Source of the DNA: Candidatus Aenigmatarchaeota archaeon
Lineage (GTDB): Archaea; Aenigmatarchaeota; Aenigmatarchaeia; GW2011-AR5
Direction: 5' to 3'
Assembly (NCBI GenBank): GCA_016198685.1
Contig: JACQID010000006.1
Location: 64,001 to 128,000, forward strand
DNA: 64,000 bases
Positions 16,350 through 26,384 of this stretch are shown in pieces. The notes beneath the pieces were generated by a model. That model was given only the letters and a program-made list of their open reading frames with translations, made no database searches and was not told the origin of the DNA. The position numbers and the translations under genes were made by a program. Position 1 is the first letter of the stretch. Each line of letters begins with the position of its first letter.

Positions 16350-17741
16350 ATGGAATTCAATGATAAATGGCCTGTTTTTCTGGCCAGTTTAATAATATTT
16401 GCGGATTTTCTGCTTTACTACGAAGGACAACTGCTTGTTCTGGCAGGGTTAACCGCAATTGCATCTTTAGCATTGCTTTATCGCATTGACGACACAAAAA
16501 AATCTTTTGCAAAGTACTGGCCGATTGCCGCGCTTGTTTTTATCTTCCTTTTTGGAATACATGCAAGAATAGACGGTTATGACTTCCAGTATCTGAGAAA
16601 CATAGACTCATACGCTTTCATGCGCGAGATGCAGATGATAGTGGACAACGGAATACTCCAAACGACCGATCCGCTCTTCTTCCGTTCGCCTTATGAAGAA
16701 ACGCTCACCGCGCCTTTGGATTTCAATCCGCTCTGGGTATTGAGAGCTCCGTACCAGTATCTGGGCGCATATTCATTCATGCTTGTCCGGTCTTTCATGC
16801 CGATGCTTGAATTATGGCAATACCTGATAGTCTTCCCGCCGGTTTTGGCAAGCCTCGCAGCTATACCAATGTATTTCATAGGCAGGGAAATGTACGACAG
16901 AAGAGCAGGCATAATGGCAGCACTGTTGTACATATTTGACATATCCAACTTCCAGCGTTCTTTGGGCGGCGACCCCGATACTGATGCGATAGTAATACTG
17001 ATGCCGGCCCTTGTGATGGCATTCTATCTTTTGATGTACAAGCGGATTGATGCCGGCGGCTTTGACAAGTTCGCCGTCTTGTTTGCAGCGCTGGGCGGAG
17101 TTTGTCTTGCGCTCTTCCATAATGTTTGGGCGGGATACTGGTATACCGTATGGATAATAGCAGGATTCCTTGTCATAAAATTCATAGTAAGCGCAGTGCG
17201 CCTTGGCAGCTTCCAAAAGATGCTTCAGAGCGCAAAGCCGCAACTGCTGGGTTTTGGATTGTTCTTCATGGCCTACTTGATAGTCAACCTGCAGTTCTTC
17301 GGAGCAGATGCCATAATCTCAACTGTTTACGGGCCATTTGAGTATAGCGGATTGAAAAATGAAGAGGGTCGCGCCTTCCCGAATGTTTATGTCTCTGTCG
17401 CTGAACTTCAGCAGGCCGGTGACGTAGTTTCCATAATAAAAAGAGTCACTGGCGTTGATGGTATAGCGTTATGGTTCTCGCCTTTCATGCTTACGCTTTA
17501 TGCGCTCTTTGGGCTCGTTATGCTCGCAGCTTCCGGCCACAAGAGACATCTGGACGGGCTGATAATACTTTTCCTGTGGTTTATTGGCCCCATGCTCGCA
17601 ACACTTGTTGCCATAAGATTCACAATACTTTTCTCGGCTCCGATGTCCATAGGCACGGCAATATTATTTTCCATTGCATACGGCTATGTACTGGGAGAAT
17701 TTGCCAAGCCCGAGCCTGCCAAAACGGAGGGAACTGCATGA
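16350..17741 (+). CDS. aglB: Oligosaccharyltransferase AglB/STT3, N-terminal transmembrane half
   Basis: IDSYAFMRE (EL1 Asp), FPPVLASL, GDPDTD (DxD-type), SVAE (EL5), IRF; no C-terminal globular domain. Confidence 0.88.
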   Translation: MEFNDKWPVFLASLIIFADFLLYYEGQLLVLAGLTAIASLALLYRIDDTKKSFAKYWPIAALVFIFLFGIHARIDGYDFQYLRNIDSYAFMREMQMIVDNGILQTTDPLFFRSPYEETLTAPLDFNPLWVLRAPYQYLGAYSFMLVRSFMPMLELWQYLIVFPPVLASLAAIPMYFIGREMYDRRAGIMAALLYIFDISNFQRSLGGDPDTDAIVILMPALVMAFYLLMYKRIDAGGFDKFAVLFAALGGVCLALFHNVWAGYWYTVWIIAGFLVIKFIVSAVRLGSFQKMLQSAKPQLLGFGLFFMAYLIVNLQFFGADAIISTVYGPFEYSGLKNEEGRAFPNVYVSVAELQQAGDVVSIIKRVTGVDGIALWFSPFMLTLYALFGLVMLAASGHKRHLDGLIILFLWFIGPMLATLVAIRFTILFSAPMSIGTAILFSIAYGYVLGEFAKPEPAKTEGTA

Positions 17742-18895
17742 AGGAAGATCACAAAAAAGCTGCTCAAGTTATCGTGAAAGCAACTGCGCCTTTTGCCATA
17801 TGCTTGATAATTGTAGTCGTGATGCGGTATTTCAATCTTGACATGTTTCAGTGGCTATTGCTCGGGATTGCCATAGCCGGCGTCAGCGCGGGCCTCATGT
17901 CCCTAAAGCTGATGGACAGGAAAGTTGCGGGAGCAACAGGGGTATTTTTCATTTCAGTATCGCTCATATTCTTGTTTTACATCTACCCTTCCGGCTACAT
18001 CGCGCAGAGTGGAACTGTTCTTAATGATAATTGGTTTGAGGCGCTGAAGTGGATAAACGAGAACACACCTGAATGCTCGACAGTGGCTACTTATTGGGAT
18101 CCGGGCCATTTCATACGAGCGATAGGCAACAGGACAGTCGTCTTTGACGGCGGCTCGCAAAATCATCTATTCCAGATAAATGAAAGTGGCCCGGACGGAT
18201 TGACAATAGAGAATTATGATAATGGCATCACGCATCTTGTGCAGCACAAAAACGGCATAAGGACCACGGCAAGAATACAGGATATATCGACTACTCTAAT
18301 GACAAGTAATGAATCGCTTGCCGTAGATATACTGAAGGATTACAGGAAATCCGGCTGCGACGAAATCTATTATATAGCCTCTGCCGATCTCATGAGCAAA
18401 TCGGCGTGGTGGACGTATTTCGCGACATGGGCTCCAAACAAGAACGGCAACTGCAGGGTAGGAGGCATTACAGAGCCTAAAGGAGATTGTTACAGTTACA
18501 GTCTTCTTTCGCTTTCCGGAGCCACGCCTAACGGCGAATCCATAATCTATACTTATAGCGCCGGCCAGAATCAGGCGTTCCTGCTGAACTATGATCCGCA
18601 ACAAGACAGATTGCAGGCATATCTTTCCGAAAACAACAATTTATTCAGAATAAAACAAACCTTCTACTTTACCAAAGACGGCAGCGGAGTCCTCTATACA
18701 GTGCCGGATGCAGAGGTTCCGGGAACCGTGTGGGCTGATACCACGAGAAACATTATTATCTACATGCCCCCGCAAATCGAGAACGCGGTATATACAAAAC
18801 TCATGCTTTACAACGGAGTGGGACTTGAGAAGTTTGAATTCGTCAAGGATTGGGGAAGCGAAATCAAGCTTTACAAGGTAAAAATAGAAGAATAG
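17738..18895 (+). CDS. aglB: Oligosaccharyltransferase AglB/STT3, C-terminal half (about 3 TM plus soluble WWD/DK domain)
   Basis: WFEALKWINENT, TYWDPGHFI...NRTVVFDG, DLMSK (DK motif). ATG 17738 overlaps the upstream TGA and has a GGAGG SD 7 nt before it; the 17471 start in the ORF track is probably spurious. Confidence 0.88.
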   Translation: MKEDHKKAAQVIVKATAPFAICLIIVVVMRYFNLDMFQWLLLGIAIAGVSAGLMSLKLMDRKVAGATGVFFISVSLIFLFYIYPSGYIAQSGTVLNDNWFEALKWINENTPECSTVATYWDPGHFIRAIGNRTVVFDGGSQNHLFQINESGPDGLTIENYDNGITHLVQHKNGIRTTARIQDISTTLMTSNESLAVDILKDYRKSGCDEIYYIASADLMSKSAWWTYFATWAPNKNGNCRVGGITEPKGDCYSYSLLSLSGATPNGESIIYTYSAGQNQAFLLNYDPQQDRLQAYLSENNNLFRIKQTFYFTKDGSGVLYTVPDAEVPGTVWADTTRNIIIYMPPQIENAVYTKLMLYNGVGLEKFEFVKDWGSEIKLYKVKIEE

Positions 18896-19957
18896 TCAGT
18901 GTTTGATCTCCTTGTATATTTTTTCTATCTGTCTTGCAATCTGCGAGGGGTCATATTTCTTCGCAACCTTTCTTGCGTTTGAAGAAATTCGGCGTATTGC
19001 AGTCGGGGTCAGCGATGCTATGGCATCGCACATGGCTTCTGCATCGTCTGCAAGTATCCCCGTTTTGTTATCTTCTATGAGTTCTGGTATGGCGCCCTTT
19101 TTCGTGGCAATCACAACGCAGCCATTGGCCTGGCCTTCTGCGACTACCCGTCCGAATCCTTCTTCCCATTGGGACGGAACGATAAGGAGCGGCGCTTTTG
19201 CATAGTACTTGCCTGTATTTTCAGTAAAACCTTCCAAAGATATGTTGGCGACCTTCTCAAGAAGCGGGCGTTCCGGACCTTCGCCCAAAACGACAAGTGT
19301 TTTTCTGCCTATGCAGGCAGCAATTGCAGGTAGCAGGCGGGTACCTTTCTGTTCGGTTAAAGAACCCACAAAAAGCACTATATCACTGTCTTTTTTCGCG
19401 ATCTTTGCCGGCTCTATAGGATTGTAAACCGTATATATCTTTTCGTCAAAAACAGGAATATATTTTTTCTTTAGAAAATCGCTTATTGCTATGTAGTGCA
19501 TTCCACTAATGCGCTTCCTTAAGAGCCTTGTATCCCTGAGATGCGCTATTTTATGGGCGCTGATTTTTGCTCCGGACAACGCCAATGCCGATTCGTAATT
19601 ATTCGCGTGAACTATATCAACGTTTTCCTTTTTGCAGAATTTTTCCAGTTCTGCCGCCATTTCGTGGATGAATATCTTTACAGCTCCGCCTAATAAAAAT
19701 GAAAATATGCGCCTGTTGGCGGCGTAAACTGCACGCGAGAGGTTTTTGCCCCGGAAGAACAAGCGTCTGATGCTTGAAAATTCGTGTATGTGAACTTTTC
19801 CGTCCATCCGTTCGGCATTTCCTGAATTCTGATAATTGGGCGTGAGCACATGAACTTCATGGCGTTTTGACAGTTCACGGGCAAGAATAGGAAGACTGAT
19901 TTCAGCGCCGCCCTGAATCACCGGAGGATAATATTCGGCAAGGAACAGTATTCGCAT
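18896..19957 (-). CDS. GT4 glycosyltransferase
   Basis: YYPPVIQGGAE, PSQWEEGFGRVVAEGQANG. Confidence 0.9.
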   Translation of the reverse strand: MRILFLAEYYPPVIQGGAEISLPILARELSKRHEVHVLTPNYQNSGNAERMDGKVHIHEFSSIRRLFFRGKNLSRAVYAANRRIFSFLLGGAVKIFIHEMAAELEKFCKKENVDIVHANNYESALALSGAKISAHKIAHLRDTRLLRKRISGMHYIAISDFLKKKYIPVFDEKIYTVYNPIEPAKIAKKDSDIVLFVGSLTEQKGTRLLPAIAACIGRKTLVVLGEGPERPLLEKVANISLEGFTENTGKYYAKAPLLIVPSQWEEGFGRVVAEGQANGCVVIATKKGAIPELIEDNKTGILADDAEAMCDAIASLTPTAIRRISSNARKVAKKYDPSQIARQIEKIYKEIKH

Positions 19958-20076
19958 GCTTACAAATACCGGATTACGCTTAAAACGTCAACCCATAACG
20001 ATACCCCACAACCCGACGCGCAAAATGCTTGCCTTCAAGCAGTGGATTTTTAAAGCATTAGGCGTCAACTTGTTCC

Positions 20077-21009
20077 ATGAAACCGCTCATAAGCGTCATA
20101 GTGCCTGCCTACAACTGCCGTGCCACGATAGAAAGGTGCATGGGCGCAATGAAACGCCTGAATTACGGGAATTGCGAGATCATTATTGTTGATGACGGTT
20201 CTACCGACGGTACGCATGACATGATCAAGAAGGCATGTTCCGGACGAATAAGATGGATAAGGCAGGATAACGCCGGGCCTGCGGCAGCAAGAAATGCGGG
20301 AGCAGAGGCTGCGAAAGGAGACATACTTGCTTTCACCGATTCTGACTGCGTTCCTTACAGCGATTGGCTCGATCATGTACCGCAACATTTCATAAACAAG
20401 AACATCGTAGGCGTAGAAGGGGAAATAGAAACTGACAGGCTTGGAGTCTTCACGCAATCGGTCAGGAGCGAAGGCGGCAGATACCTTACCGCCAATATAT
20501 TTTACAAGAGAAAGGAATTTCTTGCTGAAGGCGGATTTGATGAAAGATTCAGGCGTGCGTTCAGGGAAGATACGGACATGGCAATACGCATGATGGCTCG
20601 CGGGCGCATTGTTTACGAATCCGCATCCAAAGTGTACCATATACCCCGCAACGTAAGTTTGTTTTCCCTTATCAAGCGCCAGGAGCTATATTTCTACGAG
20701 CCCTTATTTTTCAAGAAGCACGGCTCGCATGCCGTTCGTTATTCAACGCATGGCATAACAAGCAGCCCATTCGTAAGATCCGCAATAGCAGGAGTTGCGC
20801 TTCTTTCCCTCGTACTTGGCTCAATAGAGAGTATGTTCTTTGCGGTTCCGGCTGCATTATGGGCAGCTTCAACTCTGTATTTTTTTGGCGTGATGGTGAA
20901 GGAGAACAAATGGAACGGTCCTAATATCGCTGCATTGCCGTTTTCTTTCCTTCTGCCTCTGGCAACGCTTTATTGGCTGCTGCGAGGAGCTATTTTTTGG
21001 AGGGGATAG
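20077..21009 (+). CDS. GT2 glycosyltransferase with C-terminal TM segments
   Basis: ISVIVPAYN, VDDGSTDGT, GPAAARN, FTDSDC, GGFDE...EDTD. Confidence 0.92.
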   Translation: MKPLISVIVPAYNCRATIERCMGAMKRLNYGNCEIIIVDDGSTDGTHDMIKKACSGRIRWIRQDNAGPAAARNAGAEAAKGDILAFTDSDCVPYSDWLDHVPQHFINKNIVGVEGEIETDRLGVFTQSVRSEGGRYLTANIFYKRKEFLAEGGFDERFRRAFREDTDMAIRMMARGRIVYESASKVYHIPRNVSLFSLIKRQELYFYEPLFFKKHGSHAVRYSTHGITSSPFVRSAIAGVALLSLVLGSIESMFFAVPAALWAASTLYFFGVMVKENKWNGPNIAALPFSFLLPLATLYWLLRGAIFWRG

Positions 21010-22535
21010 ACACGGGCAAATACGCAGAAGCTGTAGGCAGGGGCACGTTCCTCATATTCATATTTTCCATGGCCGCCGCCGCGATAGGATACGGCTTCCG
21101 GATATTCCTTTCACGATCGCTCACGGTGGACGAGTTTGGTCTTTTTTACAGCGTTGTTGCATTCATTGCGACGATTGGAGTTTTCCGCGAACTTGGCCTT
21201 GCAACTTCGCTTGTAAAATACATATCTGAACTGAAATCAAAACAGGATTTTGCAAGAATAAAATCTTCGATAATCATGGTATTCCTTGCGCAGACTATAC
21301 TTAGCGTGATCATATTTACGCCGTTGATATTCCTCTCGGACATTCTGGCCTCGCAATATTTTGGCATGCCGCAAGCCTCTGCAGTCCTGTTCTTCCTTCT
21401 GATAGAGGCCATCGTGAACATGGGCATATATTCTGCCGTTTTCCAAGGCATGCAAAAATTCAGGATATTCGGCCTTATAGAAATATTCAGGGTATCTATA
21501 TTATTTGCATTCGCGATTCCTCTGGTTTCCAACGGGGCAGCGGGCATAGCCCTTGCGCAGCTTCTGACGACAGTCGCCATGAACATCATTTTTGTCGGCA
21601 TCGCCCTCAAGGAAATGCCGTTCCTTGGACCGGCGAAATTCGTCCTTGACACGACGCTTCTGAAGAATATATTCAAATTCGGACTGACCCTTTGGCTTGG
21701 AAATATAATTGTCATGCTTGTGAGCAGGCTTGACGTGATATTCATCACCTATTTCCGCGTCTTGAAAGAAGTTGCATGGTACAATGTTTCGCTTCCTACT
21801 GCTATGCTGCTCACGACGTTTTCCGCGGCAGTAAATAACACTCTTTATCCTACCGTTGCAGAACTCTGGTCCAAGGGAAGGAAGGAAGACGTGGCAAAGG
21901 GAATGGAATCTGTCATCAAATTCTTTTTTGTCCTCATGCTCCCGCCGGCTCTTCTATTTCTTGCCTATCCGGATATCATAATACGCATACTCTTCGGTGA
22001 ATCATATCTTCCGGCGGCATTGTCACTTCAAGTGTTGTCAATCGGCATGTTATTCTCTTCCATATCCTCAATATTTCTCGGAGTAATCAACGGAATAGGC
22101 AGTCCCGGCATGAATGCCAAAGTCGTTTCCGTAGTCGCTGGGGCAAACTTTGTGTTGAACCTGCTGCTCGTGCCTTTATACGGTCTTGACGGAGCCGCAG
22201 TGGCAACTGCAATTTCATTTGGCATAATGTTCCTCATGACGTTCATATTTTTGAGAAACAGAATCAAGATGAGCATACGTTTCACGGACGTAGGAAGGAT
22301 ATTCCTTGGCGGGCTGCTCGCGTTGCTGGCAGTTGCGGCAGCAAAGCATGCGCTTGTAATCGAGGATGCGGTCATAGAGTCAGCGGTAACATTCATAATT
22401 GCCATGGCTTTCTATGTCGTTTATCTTGTCATGGCAAGGGTAATCGTAAAGAGCGATATTCAGCTTCTTGAAACGTCCGGCTTCCGCCTGCCTGCCGCAG
22501 CAAAGAAATTACTGCTTCGCATATTGAAAGATTAG
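20997..22535 (+). CDS. Wzx/MATE-like oligosaccharide flippase
   Basis: About 14 TM segments, LSRSLTVDEFG, LVSRLD, LYPTVAE, LVPLYGLDGAAVAT; GAGGAG SD before TTG 20997. Confidence 0.88.
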   Translation: MEGIDTGKYAEAVGRGTFLIFIFSMAAAAIGYGFRIFLSRSLTVDEFGLFYSVVAFIATIGVFRELGLATSLVKYISELKSKQDFARIKSSIIMVFLAQTILSVIIFTPLIFLSDILASQYFGMPQASAVLFFLLIEAIVNMGIYSAVFQGMQKFRIFGLIEIFRVSILFAFAIPLVSNGAAGIALAQLLTTVAMNIIFVGIALKEMPFLGPAKFVLDTTLLKNIFKFGLTLWLGNIIVMLVSRLDVIFITYFRVLKEVAWYNVSLPTAMLLTTFSAAVNNTLYPTVAELWSKGRKEDVAKGMESVIKFFFVLMLPPALLFLAYPDIIIRILFGESYLPAALSLQVLSIGMLFSSISSIFLGVINGIGSPGMNAKVVSVVAGANFVLNLLLVPLYGLDGAAVATAISFGIMFLMTFIFLRNRIKMSIRFTDVGRIFLGGLLALLAVAAAKHALVIEDAVIESAVTFIIAMAFYVVYLVMARVIVKSDIQLLETSGFRLPAAAKKLLLRILKD

Positions 22536-23506
22536 TGCATCTTTTTTACGATGACATCAAATTTTTCCATTACCTGCTCCGGCGTTATGGTCTTTATGCA
22601 TCTCATGTCGCCGTAATGGCAGTAATTGTCATTGCATCTTGTGTTGCAGAATTGCCTTCCGCCCATGCAGGTTGCTTTGGAGTTGTGAGGATTCCATTCC
22701 GGCAATGAAGGGCCATTGAGGGCGATTTGCGGCTTGGCCAAAGCCGCTGCCACATGCATGGGCCCGCCGTTTATGGAAATAAACACATCACACTGATTTA
22801 TCGCGCATGTGAGGCCATCCATGCCGGTTTTGCCGACAAGATTGACTACGTCGCCCGCTTCCCGTTCGATGTATTGTGCCCTGAGAGCGTTATCCTTGCC
22901 GCCTAAAAGAAGAATAGTTGATGGATATTTTTTCTTGATCATTTTTATCAAAGAAACCCAGCCTTCGTCGTTCCATGCCCTGCAAAGATTGTCATCCTTG
23001 CCTGCGTTTATTCCGACTACTATGCCTCGGGTTTTAATTTTCTCGCACTTCTCGGGAACGGGCATTTCCATTTTCCCATCGCTTTTTATGCCAAGCTTTT
23101 CTAATACCCGAGCTTCGAGTTCAACTGCATCTCCGCCCGTCTCAACAGCTACGTTATAGAGAGACGATGCTGCGTTTCTTGGGTTCCTGTAGCTGGCAGT
23201 TAAAGACGCTCCGAGGAGTAGTGATAAAACAGAAGACATGAAAGTATTGGGAAATCCATCTATAACAATGTCGAGTTTCTGGGACCGAATCTTAGCAAGA
23301 TTCCGCAAGCCGGAGGCGCTGAAGTTTATTATGACGTCCTCGTCTATGTAAGGCGAGGATTTGAGAAGTTGTACGCCGCTGCCACTGTAATTATGCACAA
23401 GATATATCTTGCTGTCCGGCCATTTTTTCTTGAGACTGCGCAGCATGGGAATTCCGGTAAGAATATCGCCCATGCTTGAGCCTTTGATCACGGCTATCTT
23501 TTTCAT
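22532..23506 (-). CDS. GT9 (heptosyltransferase family) glycosyltransferase
   Basis: SSMGDIL, NLVGKT, FISINGGPMHVAAAL. Confidence 0.88.
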   Translation of the reverse strand: MKKIAVIKGSSMGDILTGIPMLRSLKKKWPDSKIYLVHNYSGSGVQLLKSSPYIDEDVIINFSASGLRNLAKIRSQKLDIVIDGFPNTFMSSVLSLLLGASLTASYRNPRNAASSLYNVAVETGGDAVELEARVLEKLGIKSDGKMEMPVPEKCEKIKTRGIVVGINAGKDDNLCRAWNDEGWVSLIKMIKKKYPSTILLLGGKDNALRAQYIEREAGDVVNLVGKTGMDGLTCAINQCDVFISINGGPMHVAAALAKPQIALNGPSLPEWNPHNSKATCMGGRQFCNTRCNDNYCHYGDMRCIKTITPEQVMEKFDVIVKKMH

Positions 23507-24504
23507 AGGATCGCTTCAAGCTTATTCATAACTTCTTCAGGGATTATCTCTGATGTGAGAGGATGATTAGAGCAGTATTTTCCGTAAAGTTCGCATTTAG
23601 TGCAATCACTGCCTCTCCACAGCCATGCCGATTTGCCGTTTAGCGGAGCCTTTCTTCTTGGATCGGTAGGCCCGAATATTGATACAACCGGTATGCCCAC
23701 GGCACTCGCGATATGCATCAAGCCTGAATCGCCCGTTACAATCGCATCACACACGCTCAAGATTGCTGCAGCCTCTTTTATTGTCGTCTCGCCTGCAAGG
23801 TTCTGGACATTCCTGCCGGCAATGTTGCCCGCCTTGCCAAGGCATACAATCTTCCAGTCCTTGGAGCTTGCCATCTCCGCCAGTCTCGCAAAGTTTTCAA
23901 ATGGCCAGTTTCTTGGAGATGCATCCTGGCCGGGATTGCCTCCACCGAGTGCAAATGCAAGAAGTTTTCCGGTTCCGGCTCTTCTTCTTACCTGTCCTGC
24001 CAGTTTTTTGTCTTCTTGTGAAATAGCAATTCTCATATCTGTGCTGCAGTTTTCTTTTGTGAAATAGGCTAGAAGGTCAATATAATATTGGATTTCATGT
24101 TTTACCCTTTCGTATATCACAGTCTTTGTAAGGAATATGCCTTCCCAGCCTCTCGCGAATCCGATTCTTTCCGGTATACCGCAAGCACGGGCAAAGAAAC
24201 CTGCAATCCAGGATTTGTCCATGACAAAGCACATATCAAATTCTTCTTCTATTATGCGGGCGCGAAGTTTTTTGAAAAGGGAGATTTTTTTGAGAAATGA
24301 GCCTCGAAACAACGCATCCTGGTCGAATGCTATTATGCGATCAACATCCGGATTATCCTCCAGTATTCCGGCACTCCATTTGCCCGTGATATAGCAGATT
24401 TCAGCTCCCGGAAAGGTCCTTCTCAGGCACGCAAGAAAAGGCGTAGTCATAAGCACATCGCCTATAGCGCCTGATTTTATGACCGCTATTTTATTGTAAG
24501 CCAT
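23503..24504 (-). CDS. GT9 (heptosyltransferase family) glycosyltransferase
   Basis: GAIGDVLMTTP, RNWPFENF, NLAGETT, VTGDSGLMHIASAVG, FGPTDP; real start MAYNK at 24504. Confidence 0.92.
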   Translation of the reverse strand: MAYNKIAVIKSGAIGDVLMTTPFLACLRRTFPGAEICYITGKWSAGILEDNPDVDRIIAFDQDALFRGSFLKKISLFKKLRARIIEEEFDMCFVMDKSWIAGFFARACGIPERIGFARGWEGIFLTKTVIYERVKHEIQYYIDLLAYFTKENCSTDMRIAISQEDKKLAGQVRRRAGTGKLLAFALGGGNPGQDASPRNWPFENFARLAEMASSKDWKIVCLGKAGNIAGRNVQNLAGETTIKEAAAILSVCDAIVTGDSGLMHIASAVGIPVVSIFGPTDPRRKAPLNGKSAWLWRGSDCTKCELYGKYCSNHPLTSEIIPEEVMNKLEAIL

Positions 24505-24538
24505 TATCACACGAACATAATCAATACGAAAACAATTT

Positions 24539-24559
24539 AAGTATGAAATATGCATACTT
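24539..24559. promoter_or_regulatory. Inverted repeat overlapping the TATA/start of the RHH-fusion gene (candidate operator)
   Basis: AAGTATG-AAATATG-CATACTT; TATA TTTAAGTA at 24536-24543; ATG at 24563. Confidence 0.5.
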
Positions 24560-24562
24560 CGT

Positions 24563-25330
24563 ATGCGCAAGCAAAAAATAGCCATTTCTTTGAGCAAAGA
24601 GCTCTTGGAGAATATAGACCGCAGTGTTGATGGAAAAAGTGTTCGAAGCAGGAGCCAGTATATAGAAACCATGATCAGAAAAGGTATGGAATCGCAGAGT
24701 GCGCAAATGGCCGTAATAATGCTAAGGAAAGAGCATCACTCTGTTGCCCTATCACGATTCAAGAATGGTACTCTGCTTTCTTCACAGGCCGATTTTCTAT
24801 CCAGACACGGCGTATCGGAAATACTCATAGTCACCCAGAAAGGGCCTCAGCTGGCAGAGCTTGAAGCCTATGCGCAGCGTATGGAACACCCGGCAAAAAC
24901 AATAGTCACGGATAAACCCGGAAACGCGGATGCGCTGAAATTAGTAAGGGATCGCATGGATTCAAATTTTGTTGTTCTTTCCGGTGATGTATATAACGAC
25001 TTCGATCTGAAGAAAATGATGGAGAAGCATGCCCAGAAAGGCGTAATGATGACGATGGCGCTCATGAGCAGGGCATCGCCTTCGAAATACGGAAACGTGA
25101 TACTTGATGGCGATATGGTTGTCAGCTTTCAGGAGAAACCGTCATCGGCGGTTTCGCATCTTGTTAACGCAGGCCTTTACGTTTTCAGCCCGGCTGTGTT
25201 CAGTGCCATGGAAGGATGCCATTTCTTGGAGAAGGAACTTTTCCCCAAGCTGGCTTCCATGAGGCAGCTTACAGGCTACTTCACTATGGGCGACTATTAC
25301 CACGCCCAAGAAGCTTCGCCGCGGCCCTGA
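24563..25330 (+). CDS. Ribbon-helix-helix domain fused to a degenerate sugar-phosphate nucleotidyltransferase domain
   Basis: KQKIAISLSKELLENID...SRSQYIETMIRK (RHH); then VVLSGDVYNDFDL, YGNVILDG, FQEKP, VNAGLYVF, LEKELFPKLA. The GGxGTRL/PKP signature is absent. Confidence 0.8.
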   Translation: MRKQKIAISLSKELLENIDRSVDGKSVRSRSQYIETMIRKGMESQSAQMAVIMLRKEHHSVALSRFKNGTLLSSQADFLSRHGVSEILIVTQKGPQLAELEAYAQRMEHPAKTIVTDKPGNADALKLVRDRMDSNFVVLSGDVYNDFDLKKMMEKHAQKGVMMTMALMSRASPSKYGNVILDGDMVVSFQEKPSSAVSHLVNAGLYVFSPAVFSAMEGCHFLEKELFPKLASMRQLTGYFTMGDYYHAQEASPRP

Positions 25331-26384
25331 CAACTTCCTGAACGGTTATTTTGTTCACGTCATATTCGGGCTTATATTTTTCGGGGAATCGCGCTTCGAA
25401 CGGTTTTATATATGGTTCTTCAGGACCTTTGTAAAGGCCAATGCAGTCTCGTCCATATGGCCCGTAAAGTTCAGGTTTATTGGGGCCAAACAATCCTATT
25501 GTAGGCACTTTCATGGCAGATGCAAGATGCATCGGGCCGGAATCGTTTGCCACAAAGAGCGACATTTTTTCCATGCATGCGGCAAGAGTTTCAAGGTCGA
25601 TTTTGCCAGCAAGATTAATGGGATTGCTCTTCATAAGCTTTTCGACTTTTGATGCGGCTTGGGTGTCCAGTCTTCCCCCTATTATGGCAATTGTGGCGTT
25701 GTGCTTTGATGCGAGCGTATCGGCGAGCTTTGCAAAATTATTTTCATTCCATCTGCGTATCTTAGACGAAGAAGAAGATCCTGCATGGATGCCGATAATT
25801 CTGCCTTTAGGAAGAATATTATTTGCACTGGATTTGGCTTTAGCCGAAACTTTAAGCTTGACGAGCGCCGTCGGGTCATGCGCACGCACAAGGAACCGTG
25901 CAAGATTCATGAAATTATGAACAGCATGCATTTTTTGAGGTCTTGCACTTTCTGTGTAAAGAATCTTCCTGCTGGAAAAGCCTATGCGTTTTGAGGCTCT
26001 GGTAAGGGCTGAAAACGAGGCGCTCATGTAAGCGAAAGGCTCGAAATCAACGCAGACTGAGAATCCTTTTGCAAGAGTGACCATAGTCTTTATGATGTTT
26101 ATAGGATTTCCATAATCAAGTACGATAATCCGGTCAGCGATACCGGAAAGCTCGAATACTGCAGCGTTGTTTTTGGTACACAGAACCGTTATCTCATGGT
26201 CATGCATGCCTTTGCGAATTGCTGCGAGCGCCGGCAGCATATCCAAAGTGTCGCCAAGTGCCCAGAATTTTATTGCAAGTATGCGCTTTTTGCGGCTCTT
26301 TGGAAGTAACGTAAATATCCATGACACGCCATAAAATAGCCGTCCAATCGTACCGTCCAGAAGCCGGAGGAAACCGCCCTGCAT
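25284..26384 (-). CDS. GT9 (heptosyltransferase family) glycosyltransferase
   Basis: WALGDTL, RRWNENNF, NLAGK, FVANDSGPMHLASA, FGPNKP; TATA about 26 nt before ATG 26384. Confidence 0.92.
   Translation of the reverse strand: MQGGFLRLLDGTIGRLFYGVSWIFTLLPKSRKKRILAIKFWALGDTLDMLPALAAIRKGMHDHEITVLCTKNNAAVFELSGIADRIIVLDYGNPINIIKTMVTLAKGFSVCVDFEPFAYMSASFSALTRASKRIGFSSRKILYTESARPQKMHAVHNFMNLARFLVRAHDPTALVKLKVSAKAKSSANNILPKGRIIGIHAGSSSSSKIRRWNENNFAKLADTLASKHNATIAIIGGRLDTQAASKVEKLMKSNPINLAGKIDLETLAACMEKMSLFVANDSGPMHLASAMKVPTIGLFGPNKPELYGPYGRDCIGLYKGPEEPYIKPFEARFPEKYKPEYDVNKITVQEVVRAAAKLLGRGNSRP

Noticed and set aside
17471-17737. N-terminal extension of the second aglB ORF, and the idea of a programmed frameshift joining the halves
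   Set aside because: The extension overlaps conserved TM codons of gene 1 in another frame. The SD plus ATGA coupling at 17738 explains the junction, and there is no slippery run.
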